From the human T2T-CHM13v2.0 reference genome, Homo sapiens, in assembly GCF_009914755.1 (NCBI RefSeq), contig NC_060939.1: a DNA stretch of 64,000 nt. One strand, given 5' to 3'. The notes under the pieces were generated by a model. It ran no database searches. It was not told the origin of the DNA and saw nothing but the letters and a program-made list of their open reading frames with translations. Positions within the stretch are counted from its first letter, which is position 1, and the number at the start of each line of letters is the position of its first letter. Made by a program: the position numbers and the translations under genes. This document shows positions 1 to 14,239 of this stretch, one piece after another.

Positions 1-909
1 TCTGGAGTACTATTACCTAAGTAGATTTGTGATATAAGGCAAGGGGCTTGGGCTTTGGGGTTGACATGGTCCAAAGTCTAGCGTTGGACTTTGAGTAGAC
101 ACGGTCATGAGTAGACATGGCCCTACTCATTATGTGAGGGTGGACAAGTCATTTCATGTCTTTAAATCTGCTTCCTTGTCTGTGTTTAAGTTCCTAGAAG
201 AGAGGCTGAACACTGTACATCTGTTGTTTCATCCATTCATTTAGGTAACACTGATTGAGTGCCCACCAAGTATCTGGCCTCACAGATACAGTGGTGAACA
301 AGAGCAAGAATATCTTTGCTTCATGGAGTTTATAATCTAATAGAGTCTCATTCAATGTTGGAACAAAACATAAAGATATAGTTAGCTAAGAGATGACAAA
401 ATTAGGCAGAAACCTTAGGAAGCGGTGGAGAAGTAAATATTTAATAACAATTTAAAATAAGTTTCTCAGTACTATTTCTTAGGCAGGCAAATAATGTCCC
501 CAGCACAAACCATTGCTCCAGCATGAGTGATATGTTGGGTGTCTTTAGCATTGTCGAAACTGGCCTGAGGAAATGTAAACATCTTTTTTTCCCTTATTTT
601 TTTGCTAGATTTTAAAACTGGTTAGATTCATATTTAAAAAGAAATAAATACACATGAGAAAAACAGTCAAACTGTGCCAAAGGCTACATACAATGAGTGA
701 AACTAGATCTTTTTCCTACCCTAGACCCCCAGTTTTTCTCCCCAGGAAATCAATATCTGCTGCAATTTCCCAGTGAATATTCAGTCAGATATGTGTGTAT
801 GTAATCCCTTAAAACCCAAGCAAACACGGGAGAGGGTGCCAGCCCCACTGTTTCACCCCTTGTTTTTATCCCTTAAGATGGCTCAGAGCCATTCCATGTC
901 AGATCAGAT

Positions 910-911
<2 letters not shown>

Positions 912-949
<38 letters not shown>

Positions 950-1231
950 GAGACGGGGTCTCACTCTGTCACTCAGACTGGAGTGTAGTGGCACAATCTT
1001 GGCTCACTGCAACCTCCCTTCCCAGGCTCAAGCGATTCTCCCACCTCAGCCTCCCAAGTAGCTGGGACTACAGGCACGTGTCACCACTGCCTGGATAATT
1101 TTTGTATTTTTAGCAGAGACAGGGTTTCACCATGTTGGCCAGGCTGGTCTTGAACTCCTGAACTCAAATGATCCACCCGCCTCAGCCTCCCAAAGTGCTG
1201 GGATTACAAGCATCAGCCACCGCGCCCGGCC
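912..1231 (-). mobile_element. Alu with a T37 tail
   Basis: Reverse Alu dimer; 37 consecutive T at 912-948. Confidence 0.95.
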
Positions 1232-1671
1232 AGATTCATCCTTTTTCACCACAGTGTAGTCCTTCATTTAACCAGTCCTCTACTGATGGAAATTTAGGTT
1301 GTTTCCAAACCTTTGCTGCTACAAACACCAAAAATGCTGCAGTGAACATTCTTGCATGTACATGTTTACATACATATGCAGTATAAAGTCCCCAAAGGCA
1401 GAATTACTAGACCAAAGGTTTGTACTTTAAAAAACATGAACAGATGTTACCACATTGCCTTCCAAGGCCTATACCAATGTGTACTCCTTCAACAGTGGAT
1501 GGACCAGAGGGCCTGTTACCCACACTTCTTCCAGTCCTGGGTATTGGCAAACTTCATCTTTTCTAACATGGGCAGTGGAAAATGATTTCTAAGTGTCATT
1601 TTAACTTGCATCTATTTAACAATGAGTGACATGAAGCATCTTTTCGAGCTGCACTTTTAAAAGACAAAAGA

Positions 1672-1987
<316 letters not shown>

Positions 1988-1997
1988 TCAACTAGGA

Positions 1998-2248
1998 CAA
2001 TGGTTCTCAAAGTGTGGTCTCTGGACCAACAACGTCAGCATCACCTGAGAACTTGTTAGAAAAGCAACTTCTCAGCCCACCCAGACCAGTGGAATCAGAA
2101 TCTCTGGAGGTGAGGTCCTGCAAGCTCATTGAGCCCCTTGAGTTTCTGATTCCGTGGGTTTGGGGTGAGGTCCAAGAATGTGCATTTGAACCAGTTCCCA
2201 GGCAATGCTGATGCTGCTTGCTCAGGGGCCACACTCTGAGAACCACTG
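1998..2248. mobile_element. MER5A-like hAT-Charlie MITE
   Basis: Terminal inverted repeats caatggttctcaaagtgtgg ... ccacactctgagaaccactg. Confidence 0.8.
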
Positions 2249-2969
2249 AGCTAGAGCATCATTCTTGCAGTAATATATAACCTCCGTGCAGCTTTTCCAA
2301 TTCACTCTTTACAAGAAAGATTACCAGAAAGCAGTTACATGGATTTAAAGGCATTTAAATTTTCTGTTTGTTAGGTATTAGTGGATCTACAGGAAGCGCC
2401 TGGTTGTGTTGAACGGCGATGTGCTACCTGTGGAAACCTTGCTTTGAGGAAATGTTTGGAAAACTGCTACCAGGCTAAGCTTCCGAAAGGCTAAGCAGCG
2501 CCCCCATCTGTGAAGGTTGTTTACTGCAAGTAGAAAGGAAAGGGAGTCTGAAAAGGGGTGGCCCAGAGATGAGAGAGTGCTTCAAAAAAATGCCTTCTCG
2601 CATTGGTCTGAGCTGGAGAGAGCCTCGTTCCTTAGAGCAGTGCGCCACAGCCACAGTGGTTGCACCTGAGGATCTTGTAGAAGAACACCCATGGCCAGAT
2701 CCCACCCCCAGACGTTCTGACTTAATGAAGCTGGGGAGGCCCCAGGCATTAGTATGGGTGTTTTAGAAGCTCCCCAGGTGTTTGGCTTTGAGGCTATTTC
2801 TTTAACTCTCTCAATGATTCAGTAAGCCATTTAATACCTTATAATAAATATTTTTCCTGCTTTTTTTTAAAAAAAAAATCCCCAGGTGATTCTAATGTGC
2901 AATCAGGTTGAAGAACACTACTTTAGAGAAAACCCTAAATTTTAGATCAGCTACACTCTTGTTTAAATA

Positions 2970-3425
2970 TATTTTTAATTGTGATAAAATGTACATAACA
3001 AAATTTCATCCTAACCATTTTTAAGTGTACAGTTCAGTAGTGTTAAGTATATTGATTGTTTTGCAGCCAATCTCCAGAATTTTTTCATCTTGCAAAACTA
3101 AAACTATACCCATTAAACAATAACTCCCTAGCCCCTGGCAACCACCATTCTATTTTCCATCTGTAAATTTTACTAGTCCAGGTATGTCACATAAGTAGGA
3201 TCCTACAGTATTTGTCCTTTTGTGAGTGGTTTACTTCATGTAGCATAATGTCCTCAAGGTTCTTCCATGCTGTAGCATGTGACGGGATGTCCTTCCCTTT
3301 TAAAGCTGAATAATATTGCATTGTACACATGTACCACATTGCTCTTATCCATTCATCCATCAAGGCACACTTGGGTTGGTTCCACTTTTTGGCTATTGTG
3401 AATAATGCTGCTATAAACATGGGTA
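2970..3425 (-). mobile_element. Old L1 (L1M) 3' end fragment
   Basis: Minus ORF MFIAALFTIAKKWNQPKC... is typical L1 ORF2-end/3' UTR sequence. Confidence 0.85.
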
Positions 3426-4128
3426 TACTTACATATTTTTAAAAGAGAAAATAATTAGAGTCAGTTATAGCCATTAACATTGAATGCTTATTATGCTCTG
3501 GACCCTGATCTAAGCTGTTTATGTATATCACTTTATTCACATCTCTAAACAACTCTACGAAGTCTTTACTCTTGTTACTTCCATTTTACAGATGATGAAA
3601 CAGACCTAGGAGAGTTTGGTAACTTACCCAAGGTAACGGTATTTTGCACAGTTTCCTCACTACAAAAATTGTCTGGGCTGTTTGTTGAAAGTTCCCATTC
3701 CCAGGCCTCATCCTATTCCTGTAGGTTCTAAGCCTCCAGAAAGGAGCCTGGAAGCTGAAGATTTTCCCTGTATACGGGGGTTACTTGTCATCAAAGAGAA
3801 ATTGAGAACATTTGGGGCCACTAAGTGGTAGGCCCAAGCAGTCTGGCCACAGGGCCTTTTCACTTAGCCATGAGGCCAGGCTGCTCCTTTAAGGCCTGGT
3901 TTTCAGTGCCTGTTATGGCCCAAGGGAGGTGAACAAATGTCTCCTTTGGGATTTCTAAATTTTTTATTTGTTGCGTGGTGTAGAAGCTGATATCAGCTAA
4001 TTGCTCATTGTGCTCTCAGCTGTTTGTTTGCACATCCCCTTTTTTATATCACAGCTACATTTTGAAATCCAGCATTCCCTGGAGGCATAATATTCCTTCC
4101 ATTGCTACCTTCTTAAAAAGAGAAACTT

Positions 4129-4430
4129 GGCCAGGGCAGTGGCTCATGCCTGTAATCCCAGCACTTTGGGAGGCGGAGGCAGGCAGATCACCTGAGGTCA
4201 GGAGTTCAAGACCAGACTGGCCAACAAGACAAAACCCTGTCTCTACTAAAAATACAAAAATTAGCTGGACATGGTGGCACATGCCTGTAACCCCAGCTAC
4301 TCAGGGGGCTGAGGCAGGAGGATCGCTTGAACCTGAGAGGCAGAGGTTGTAGTGAGCCAAGATTGTGCCACTGCACTCCAGCCTGGGTGACAGAGCGAGA
4401 CTCTGTCTCAAAAACAAACGAACAAAAAGA
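4129..4430 (+). mobile_element. AluSx-like
   Basis: Full dimer flanked by an agaaactt direct repeat. Confidence 0.95.
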
Positions 4431-6046
4431 AACTTGAATGAATCTGACTTCAGTGGGGACAACAGTCTGGCATTTCACATTCCAAAGTTAAGAGTTCAAG
4501 GATCCTTCTGGACCAGGTTTTTGTTCCTTCCCTGTCCTCAGGGCCCATTCAGAGGCCTTGTCATCAGAATCCACTCAATTCAGCAACTCTTTATTGAAGG
4601 CCTGCAAACTGCCCCAGCCTCTGCTGAGTGTAAGAGGGAGAAAAATAAGCAGCTTGATCCTCTACTATCTCACTGGAGAGGGAGACGGGCTGCCTTCTCA
4701 AAGTTGGTGCCTGGGTCCTGCTGTTTGGGAGGAAGCAGCTCTTGGCCCGGTTTTTCCCTTAGTTTTAGGCATCTCTTGCTTAAGCTCCTTCTAAGCCCCC
4801 AGCATTTCCAGATCATGATTATTAGTCAAAAGTATAGGGGATACTGTCTGGGAAGAGGCATGAGGAGGCCTCCAGGGGTGTCAAAAATATTCTGCGTCTT
4901 CATCTGGGCAATGCTTACCTGGGTATAAATGTGTAAAATTTCATTGATTGTGCATTTTCCTGTATGTATGTTATACCCCATTAAAAATAAAAAAGAATAG
5001 GGCAGTTTCAAGTGTATTGATGCATAATATTGCCAGACATATTGTAAAGGGAAAAAAAGAGCCACCGAACAATGTGTATGTTACCACTGGTATTTTTAAA
5101 AAGAATATAGGAAACTTACCTTTCACTCCATCTTTTACAGCATTTGAATTTTCTACCATGGGCATGAATTACCTACTCAAAAACAAAGTCACTATAGATT
5201 CCTGGGCTTGGTCCCCATCTTACAGAATCAGCTTCTCTGGAGTTGAGGCCCAGGAATGGTCATTTCTAACACCCTCTCCAGGTGATTCTATGCACACTGC
5301 AGCTTAAGAACTGCATGGGGCTGTGCCGGCCTGGCTTAGGCTACATCCTACCACAAAAGAAGACAGATATAAGGGGAGTTTACCCCAGGCTCAAAAGATA
5401 CTTTCCCCCATGGCTTGATGATTAGGGAAGGAGCTGTTCAACTCTATTAAGAATGCCAAAACCTCTGAGCTGGTGCCAAAGTCAACAACTCCCGTTTCCA
5501 TTGTAAATCCGTACTCTTCTCATGCCAGTCTATTTTGTATGTGCTTTGCGTCGACATCCCTATCTTTCCATGTTAGATTTTAAATTGGCTCCCTACAGAG
5601 TTTCAGGTTGGGCCTTAGAAGGATGTGATGAATCCCTTCACTTGTAATATGGCCATTCACCTCCTCCTCTTAGCAAAGCTGCTGAGACATAACATGGCTT
5701 CAATAACTTCCCAAGGGGACACCAGCTGAGATCATCTCTCCTGGGCAAATGAGGCCCAAACAACCCTCTCTGTTAAGAGGTCTCATCTGTGTATTTTTGA
5801 ATGAGCCTGCCTCCCTTGGCACCCTGTCCCTATGTCACCAAGAACGTTTTACCCTAATCCTACAGAGCATCCTGGCAGTCCCTCTGGACTGAAGTTTATC
5901 TTTCCTCTCCTTTCCAACTCTGTCAAGAAGATTCTGTAAATAACATCCACTTGCTACTTTTCTTAACACCATGAATCATCATACACATGGGTATAGCATC
6001 CCAATTTGTAGCCTAGGAAGCTAATCTCAAAGGATTTTGCTCTTGC

Positions 6047-6260
6047 ATTTATTTATTTATTTACTTATTTTATTTTTTTGAGACAGGGTCTCACTCTGTC
6101 ACCCAGGCTGGAGTGCAGTGATGCGATCTTGGCTCACTGTAGCCTCTGCCTCCCCGGCTCAAGGGATCCTCTTGCCTCAGCCTCCTAAGTAGCGGGGACT
6201 ACAAGGACACACCTGTAGTGTGTAGAGGTGGGGTCTCACCATTTTGTCCAGGCTGGCCTA
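6047..6260 (-). mobile_element. Internally deleted old Alu
   Basis: (ATTT)n tail plus right arm plus a short left-arm piece. Confidence 0.85.
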
Positions 6261-6648
6261 GCTTTTATTTAGGTCTGTGTGTGAGCATATGTGCTCATGC
6301 ACACCCTGAAATCTGCTTTGATATCCATGATTATCTAGACACGGTTCTTGTGACCTACCTTTTAAGAAGCATTGTACATTTGATACATGGTACCTCCACG
6401 CTTTGGCACTGCTGAGGCCCTGTTTCCTCTTATCCCAAGGGGCATCTGGGAACTTCTGTCTGGATAGCCAAAGAGCAGTGTCTGTCTCTCTCTCCACACA
6501 CATCCCCCGACACACACACGTATATATACACATATATATTTCTCTCTCTTTTAGTATACTGGCACCCATTTAGTAACGTTCCAGCTTGCATTTTCTCCAG
6601 ATAGGATGCACCTGAAATGATTGAGCAATCTCACCCTTTTGCCCACAG

Positions 6649-6832
6649 GCTGCACGTGGGAATTTGGAGCCATGGTGAACTACATCAAGAAGACATATCC
6701 CCTGACCCAGCTGGTCGTCGTGGGCTTCAGCCTGGGTGGTAACATTGTGTGCAAATACTTGGGGGAGACTCAGGCAAACCAAGAGAAGGTCCTGTGCTGC
6801 GTCAGCGTGTGCCAGGGGTACAGTGCACTGAG
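6649..6832 (+). CDS. ABHD2: ABHD2 coding exon (184 nt) containing the catalytic Ser motif
   Basis: Acceptor ccttttgcccacag, donor ag|gtgagt; translates (G)CTWEFGAMVNYIKKTYPLTQLVVVGFSLGGNIVCKYLGETQANQEKVLCCVSVCQGYSALR with GxSxG. Upstream exons lie outside the window. Confidence 0.97.
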
Positions 6833-8751
6833 GTGAGTCATCTCCGCCTTCCATCAGGGCCTTCAGTTAGCCCTTATTTATAGAGATGCCCCGACGCACA
6901 ACACACTGTTCTGTGAAGACCGGGGAACACTGTGGCCGACTGAGTAGAAGTTTCTGAGTCTTGGACTCACCTTGTTTTGTTTGCATATCATACATTGGAG
7001 ATGCCCCATCAGACCCCTTAAGCCTGGGATATGCAGCTGCGTTTTGGGGTCAGATCTGTAATTGGAGAAGTAAAACCCCCTTTGATAGTTGCTGTCTCCT
7101 AGGGAATCTCTGTCAGGTGACTTAATTTGTTCAGGCTTCAGGAGTTTTTATAGAAACGTGGATTAATGAAAGAGCACAGGAGACTGGCAAGCTGGGATCT
7201 GAAAGCTGGGCCTTGGGATCCCAGATCCCTCCTTCCTGCAAGAGATGAGTCCCAGATGGCATCTGGAAGGGATCTGTAGAAATCATTTAATCAGTGTCCT
7301 CACCTTTAAGTATTTGTCTCTGTCAGGCATCCCAGGCATCATCACAAAGGAGCTGATCTACTGGGTCAAGCTTTCTCCCACCCCTTAGTCTCTTGCCAGT
7401 AGATGCCCCACAGGATGAGTCCCAGGAGGGCGTGGTCATCTGCCCCGATTCCCCTGAAGATCACTGCTGTCCCAGGTCTCTCAAGAGTCACCACACTCAC
7501 ACGTTCACACACACATGCACACACTCACACTATACACACACCTCTCCAGGCTCTTCAAATACATTCATATTTTTTTCTGTACTCTTCATGGTGTCTTTCG
7601 TTTTACCAATGAGTATAACCAGTTATTAAAAATCTGATGAAAAAATTTGAAACACACGGGAAAGTTTAAAAACACCTCCCTATTGATCCAGTCTAATGCC
7701 AAACAGTCCTTATCGTTATTCAAAGAATCTTTTTGCCTCACCTGTATATCTCATGCTGCAGTTTAAACATACCTTGTTACTTTCTGATGGATAGAGGCCA
7801 TCTATATTATTTCTAAAAATACATATTACTGGAATTTAAAGCCAGCACACCCAAAAGACACATGTGGGCCCAGGATTCAGCCTCTCCCTATGAGGCTTAA
7901 AGCTGGCTGAAAAAGGTGATCTAAATGTACCCACGATAGACATGAGAAACATCTCTGATGAAACCCTTCCTGAGTCCCAGGACCAAGGTCTGGGTTCTAT
8001 TTTTCCGTGCCGGCAATATGGGGATGATGATGATAAGCAGTACCTACCTCATAGCACCGCTGAGAGTCAAATGAGTTGATGCGTGTGAAGTGCTTAGAAC
8101 AGTGCCCAGCACGCAGAACGTAAGCCACTGTTCATTTTCATTATCGTCATCATCGTCATTCACTGTAAAATGAAGGAGGTGGGTTCGATCGGCGGATCAC
8201 AAAGACCGGTCCAGTGAACTAGTGACTGCCTCACTTCATAAGGAATCACTTGGAGGATCATGTTAGAAAGAAATTCTGTTTCTTGGGCCCCACCCTTGGA
8301 GATTTTGATTCATGAAGTTGGAGGCATGGGACCTCAGAAGTCTGCATTTTGGATACATTTCATAGGCGAGTTTTCAGTTTAGTTACGTTTAGCAGTCCCC
8401 GGGGTTAGTGACCTCAGTGGTCTCTCCAGCTGCTCTCGCGTTCCAGGACCAGGCTAGTCCCCCATCTTCCTACCAGGAATCTTTTCCTTCACTCCTCTGG
8501 ACACTGGGGAGTCAGCTGAGAGGACACGTGCCTTTATCTTGGTGGGACTAGAAATATCCAACTCCCAGCTCATAGCCACGTGTAACCAGAATTAACCAAA
8601 GTCCTGTCGGGCCCAGTCACTGGGATAAGAAAGACATGAGCAAGGGGCCTACCCCAGGATCCAAGGGAGCAGAACTAGGACGTTTGTTTTGTTTTCTTTT
8701 TTTTCAATGCACAAAATCTTAACACGACAATCCCTTCATCTCATTTTGCTG

Positions 8752-8772
8752 CAGTAGCGCCATCTGCTGTCA
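8752..8772 (-). promoter_or_regulatory. CTCF motif candidate in an ABHD2 intron
   Basis: Minus strand reads tgacagcagatggcgctactg, close to the CTCF core CCASYAGRKGGCRS. Confidence 0.6.
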
Positions 8773-10061
8773 GCAAGAGCACATGATTGACGCAGCAAGC
8801 TAAGGTGTTTGAACTAAGGCAAAGAAGGCTCAAGAAGCTAGAAAACTAAAATCTGTGAGGTGCTATACATTTTGCAGACATAGCCTACACAGCCTCTTCC
8901 TTGAGACCTCAGAGGGCTTCATACACATAACTAACTATTGGCACACCAACCTCATGCAACAAAGAGCAAGTTGCAACTTTATTGTCTGGAGCACAGAGAA
9001 CTAACTTGCCCAGGCTAAGATCATGTGGTCCTGCATATGGGAACTGGCACCAGGTCAGAGAGACACCGTTGTCCTTGTGTGTGCTGGTCCAAGGCTCAGG
9101 TACCCTCAACATTTAAACCAGATCTATGGAATAAATGGAGCACAGTTCCTTACTTTAAACCAGTATAACCTTTTTTTTTCCTGCCAAGGCTTGAGGGCGA
9201 TGAGCCTTTCAGCACTGGGATGGTGGCAGCTGCATAAGTGCTTCCCATCACACCAAGGTGGAGCCGGGGAGGCCCGTCTGCCTCTGCAGGGGCCACACGA
9301 GAGTTCATGCGTCTGGTAAATCTCTCCTAGCTGAGTCTGGAGACCCGCTTCCTCAGTGAACCCCTCCCTCTGGCTTCTCCTCCCGTAGCTCACCTCCCAT
9401 CTAGCCAGAGCCTGTTGAAGGCTCAGAGAGAAGCCAGCCACCCGCTTGCTGTAGTTAGCAAAGTCTAGCTGCTGCTAAACTAGCTCACCTTCTACCTAAA
9501 TGTGCTGAACCACTGAAGGAGGGACACAGATGCCCTGAAATCACCTGGTATCCGGCAGACTTTAACATGTTCCCTCAGCATAAACAGCTGCCAACCCGCC
9601 TGGGGACTCTGTGTGGTGAGACATCCTCCTAGGTAACAGGGACACAGCCTTGAACAAGGCTGACTAATTCCCTGCCTTCATGGAGCTTAAGGAAAATGGG
9701 GAGAGAAGCATTTTTGGTCTGGTTTCAGGTAAAATAAATTCTTTCCCAAGAAAGCCCTCAACAACCTTATGTTACAGAATTGACCAGTAATAATAAAACT
9801 AAAACAAAAGCATTTTATTGCAGTTTGGGTGTAAAAGATAGTCTGTATCTGAGGACCTCACAGCACTTAAGACAGCAGAGTGATATTTACAAAGCCACAA
9901 AGCAACAAATACATGTTACTAAGATATTACACATTTAGGCATATGGGTGCCAAGGAGGTCCTCAGTCAAGTGGGGGGTCCATGAGGAGGGATTTCTGAAG
10001 GAGGTGAGGGTGAGGAGGACAGTAGCACAGGGCCCAGGCCAGGGGCAGAAGCCCCTTACAG

Positions 10062-10576
10062 CAGGGGTCCCAACTGCTGTTAGGAACCAGGCCGCACAGC
10101 AGGAGGTGAGCGGTGGGCAGGTCACAGTGGGCAAAGCAGTAGGGAAGCAGTGGGTGAACCTTCATCTGTATTTAGTCTCATTCCCCATTGATCACATTAC
10201 TGCCTGAGTTCCGCCTCCTGTCAGATCAGCAGTGACATTAGATTCTCATAGGAGGATGAACCTTATTGTGAACTGCGCATGTGAGGGATAGTTTGCATCT
10301 TCTTATGAGAATCTAATATCTGATGATCTGTCGCTGTCTCCCATCACCCCCAGATGGGACTGTCTAGTTGCAGGAAAATAAGCTCAGGGATCTCACTGAT
10401 TCTATGTTATGGTGAGTTGTAGAATTATTTCATTCTGTATGATAATGTAATAATAATAGGGAAAAAGTACATTATAAATGTAATGTGCTTGAATCATCCT
10501 GAAGCCATCCCCCTGCCCCTGCCTTCCCTAGGCTGTGGACAAATTGTCTTCCACAAAGCCAGTCCCAAGGACTGCT
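10062..10576. mobile_element. MER1A-like DNA transposon
   Basis: caggggtcccaac...gttaggaaccaggccgcacagcaggaggtgagcgg...aaattgtcttccac; ~515 bp. Confidence 0.8.
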
Positions 10577-11782
10577 TCCTTACAGGACAGTAGGGGAATT
10601 ATCAGAGGAGTGTTTCAAATCTCCTTAAAGGCACATTATACTCCGGGCTAAGTGGATGTGTTAACATCACTAAGACCTGACCTCCTTGGTTCAGGTAAAC
10701 CTGAACATCCTAGCATTCTTTGAGCAAGGCCTTCCTGCCATGGGGAAGAGGCAGGTACCACTTTTCCTGCCAAATGGTGGGGATATTGTCTCTCTTGCTT
10801 TTGATGGGCAAACTTCAGGCTAGAGATGAGTTTATGGCAAAAGCAAATATTATTCATAAAGTTTCCCCAGAGACTGGGACTTTCCTAAAATTTGTTTTTA
10901 TAGTTGAAGAGCTATAAAATACAGTAACTTTGTGCCATCAGTAATTTTGAATCACAGCCAAACAAAGAGGGGGAAACTGCAGCATTTAAATGAGACTCTA
11001 TGGACGGAACCTCACCCTGGGAAACAGCTCAGCTTTTCCACCACTGGGTTGTGAAGTTGACCTGACCACATGGTTGCCCTTAGTGCCTTGGGGCTTTTTG
11101 TGGGTTTTTTTGTTGTTGTTAATTTTTTTTTTATCAGTATAATGAGAGACTCTAACTCATTCCTGTAAAAGTACATCCTGCAAAAGGAAAAGATTCTGAT
11201 AAGGAAGAAAGGGGCTTGGTAGGTGGCCATCCCTACTCTAGTCTGAAGTCCATCTTTCTGCCCCATCCTTCCACCCCAGTGGAACTAACAAAGCCCAGCC
11301 TGGCAGGTACCAAAAACTCTTGGCCCACTCCCTTGTGTGGTACAAACATGGTTTTCTTCTGCTCACACTCAAGCTGAACTAGCTGGAGATGATGACCTCT
11401 CTACAGATTGACTCTGCCCCTGAAGGGCAACCTGCTACCAGCCCAGAACCTTCTGGCTGGGTCTTTTGGGTCCAGAGGCTCTACCATCCCTCCTCCCAGA
11501 GGCCCGGCTGTGCAAGGCAGGAGCCCTGTCTTGGGCTTGGCCAGCCTGCCTAGGATCGTGCCCTCTTCCTCTCTCTGCAGGCTGGGCTGGTCCTGGTTTT
11601 GCCCCCACTGCAGGATTACTCTCTTACAGTGCCCAAATTAGAAATAATCCACATGTCCAGCATGGGAGATAGTTAAATAAATTAATAATATACCAACTCA
11701 GTGGGAAACGAGGCAGCTTTTATTTTAAAAAATCAAGAAAAATATATAACACGACAGAATGTATATATTAAAAGTAGGGAAG

Positions 11783-12087
11783 GGCCGGGTGCGGTGGCTC
11801 ACGCCTGGAATCCCAGCACTTTGGGAGGCCAAGGCACGCGGATCACAAGGTCAGGAGTTTGAGACCAGCCTGACCAACATGGTGAAACACCACCTCTACT
11901 AGAAATACAAAAATTAGCCAGGTGTGGTGGCGCGCACCTGTAATCCCAGCTACTCAGGAGGCTGAGGCAAGAAAATCTCTTGAACCCAGAAGGCGGAGGT
12001 TGCAGTGAGCCGAGATCATGCCATTACTGCACTCCAGCCTGGGGGACAGAGCGAGACTCTGTCTCAAAAAAAAAAAAAAAAAAAAAA
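11783..12087 (+). mobile_element. AluS
   Basis: Full dimer with long A tail. Confidence 0.95.
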
Positions 12088-13341
12088 ACAAGATGGTAAA
12101 TTTTATGTTATGTGTTTTTATCATAATTTTTTAAAAATATGACTGTATATAGGCAAAACCTGGAAAGAAATCCCCTCCTTCTACAAGTAAAAATACTTCT
12201 TAGGTCGGTGTGATAGCATTATGGGAAAGTACTTAATGTACTTTATTCTTAAGGTTTCATTAGCATATTGCTTTCAAGGTATTTTTTTAGTATCGTCTAC
12301 ATCCACATCCCATTAATTCATCTCCAGTCTTAATTCATACTGCCCTTGCCTTTTTTCCCTTTTTGGGGTGTTAAGGTCATGCTTGCCCATCCCACTCTTA
12401 TAGAACCTCATTCTCATTCTCCATATTTTTTCAAAGACCACAGGAAAGCTGTTTCACTATTCTTATAGTCTCTCAGCACTCTGAGACATAATTTATTTGA
12501 GCCAGGAGATCTGAATTCACTTGGGTACCATTAGATGCATTCTTTCCCCAGTTCATTCTCTTCTGACTTTAATTCCTTTTCATCAGTACTTGGTCCACTC
12601 ACTTTGCAAAATATGAACTGGAAAGCTGAGCCTTCTCTAAGCAGTTACCCCAGCAGCATAATGGTTGGCTCAGCTCTTCCTTGCCCAAGTGATTGCTCTG
12701 AACCTAATTGTAAATGCCTGTTTGTTGGGACCCTCTTCTGAGGGATTAAAATCCATTGCCTTCCACAACACCTCTTAAAATTCTTTTAACAGTCCAAAGA
12801 GAAATCTCCCACTAGAAAATGGCTTTGAAACCAGTATGGGTCATATTTTATTATAATTTAATGTTACATTGATTAGAAATGAAGGCATTTTCAGGGAATT
12901 CTATTTATGTTGGTAATAGGTAGATCAATGGATGGACAAAGTTCTTTAAAAATCCTTATGGATTATTCTCAAAAAAGACTCCCAGTGAAACTATACTGGG
13001 TTTGGGGGTTAATTTTCTCTTCTCATTTGTGATTATCACTTCTTGAGAGTTTTGCAACTTTCAGAAAGCATCTTTCCTTTTGGAGTCATCCTGGTTCTTT
13101 CTGAAGTTTTGAAACCTACCCTCCTTCCAGCAAGATTCACTCTGAATTTTGCAAAGCCATTCCCTCCCTGTAATTCTGCCCGAGCTGCCCCTCCCAGGGT
13201 TCCACACTTCTCTCCTGTGTCCTCAGCCAGTTTATCCTGGTGGACCAATATCTGGCCCAGCCTGGGGAGCAGTTCCTGCCACCCCTTCTCTCTTCTGGAG
13301 AACATAGCTATCTAGAGGCAAGTCAAGAACTTGGATATTCA

Positions 13342-13759
<418 letters not shown>

Positions 13760-14206
13760 CTACCAGCTCCAATAACATGAATTCATACCCCCATCTTGTT
13801 TCCTCTACACCTATCCATTCAACCCCTCCCTCAGAAACTACATTCTTTTAAAGCAAGTTGCAGATATCATTTCATCTGTAAGTAGTTCACTAGGTAGCTC
13901 TAAAAGACTCTAAGGACTTTTTCTTAAACATAACCACAAATACCATCATCACCCAAAAAATTAGCAATAATTCCCTAATAGCATCCCATGTCTAGTCAGT
14001 GTCCAGATTTCCTTGATTGTCTCATGGAAGTGCTGTTTGTTTGTTTGTTTGTTTATTTTGCCAGTTGGCTGGTTTGAATCAGGATCCACATACTGCCTAC
14101 ATATGCATTTATTGATTTGTCTATGTTTCTTTTAGTCTGTAGGTTACCCTTTCTTTTACTGCCTTTCAGTTTGCTGTTGTTGGTATTGAAGACATCAGTC
14201 CTTTTC

Positions 14207-14239
<33 letters not shown>

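Noticed and set aside
3187-3420. ORF resembling the L1 ORF2 C-terminus
   Set aside because: Degenerate old L1 fragment, not an active element.
4365-4928. 187-aa plus ORF
   Set aside because: Starts in an Alu tail and ends in an L1 relic; no recognisable domain or splice structure.
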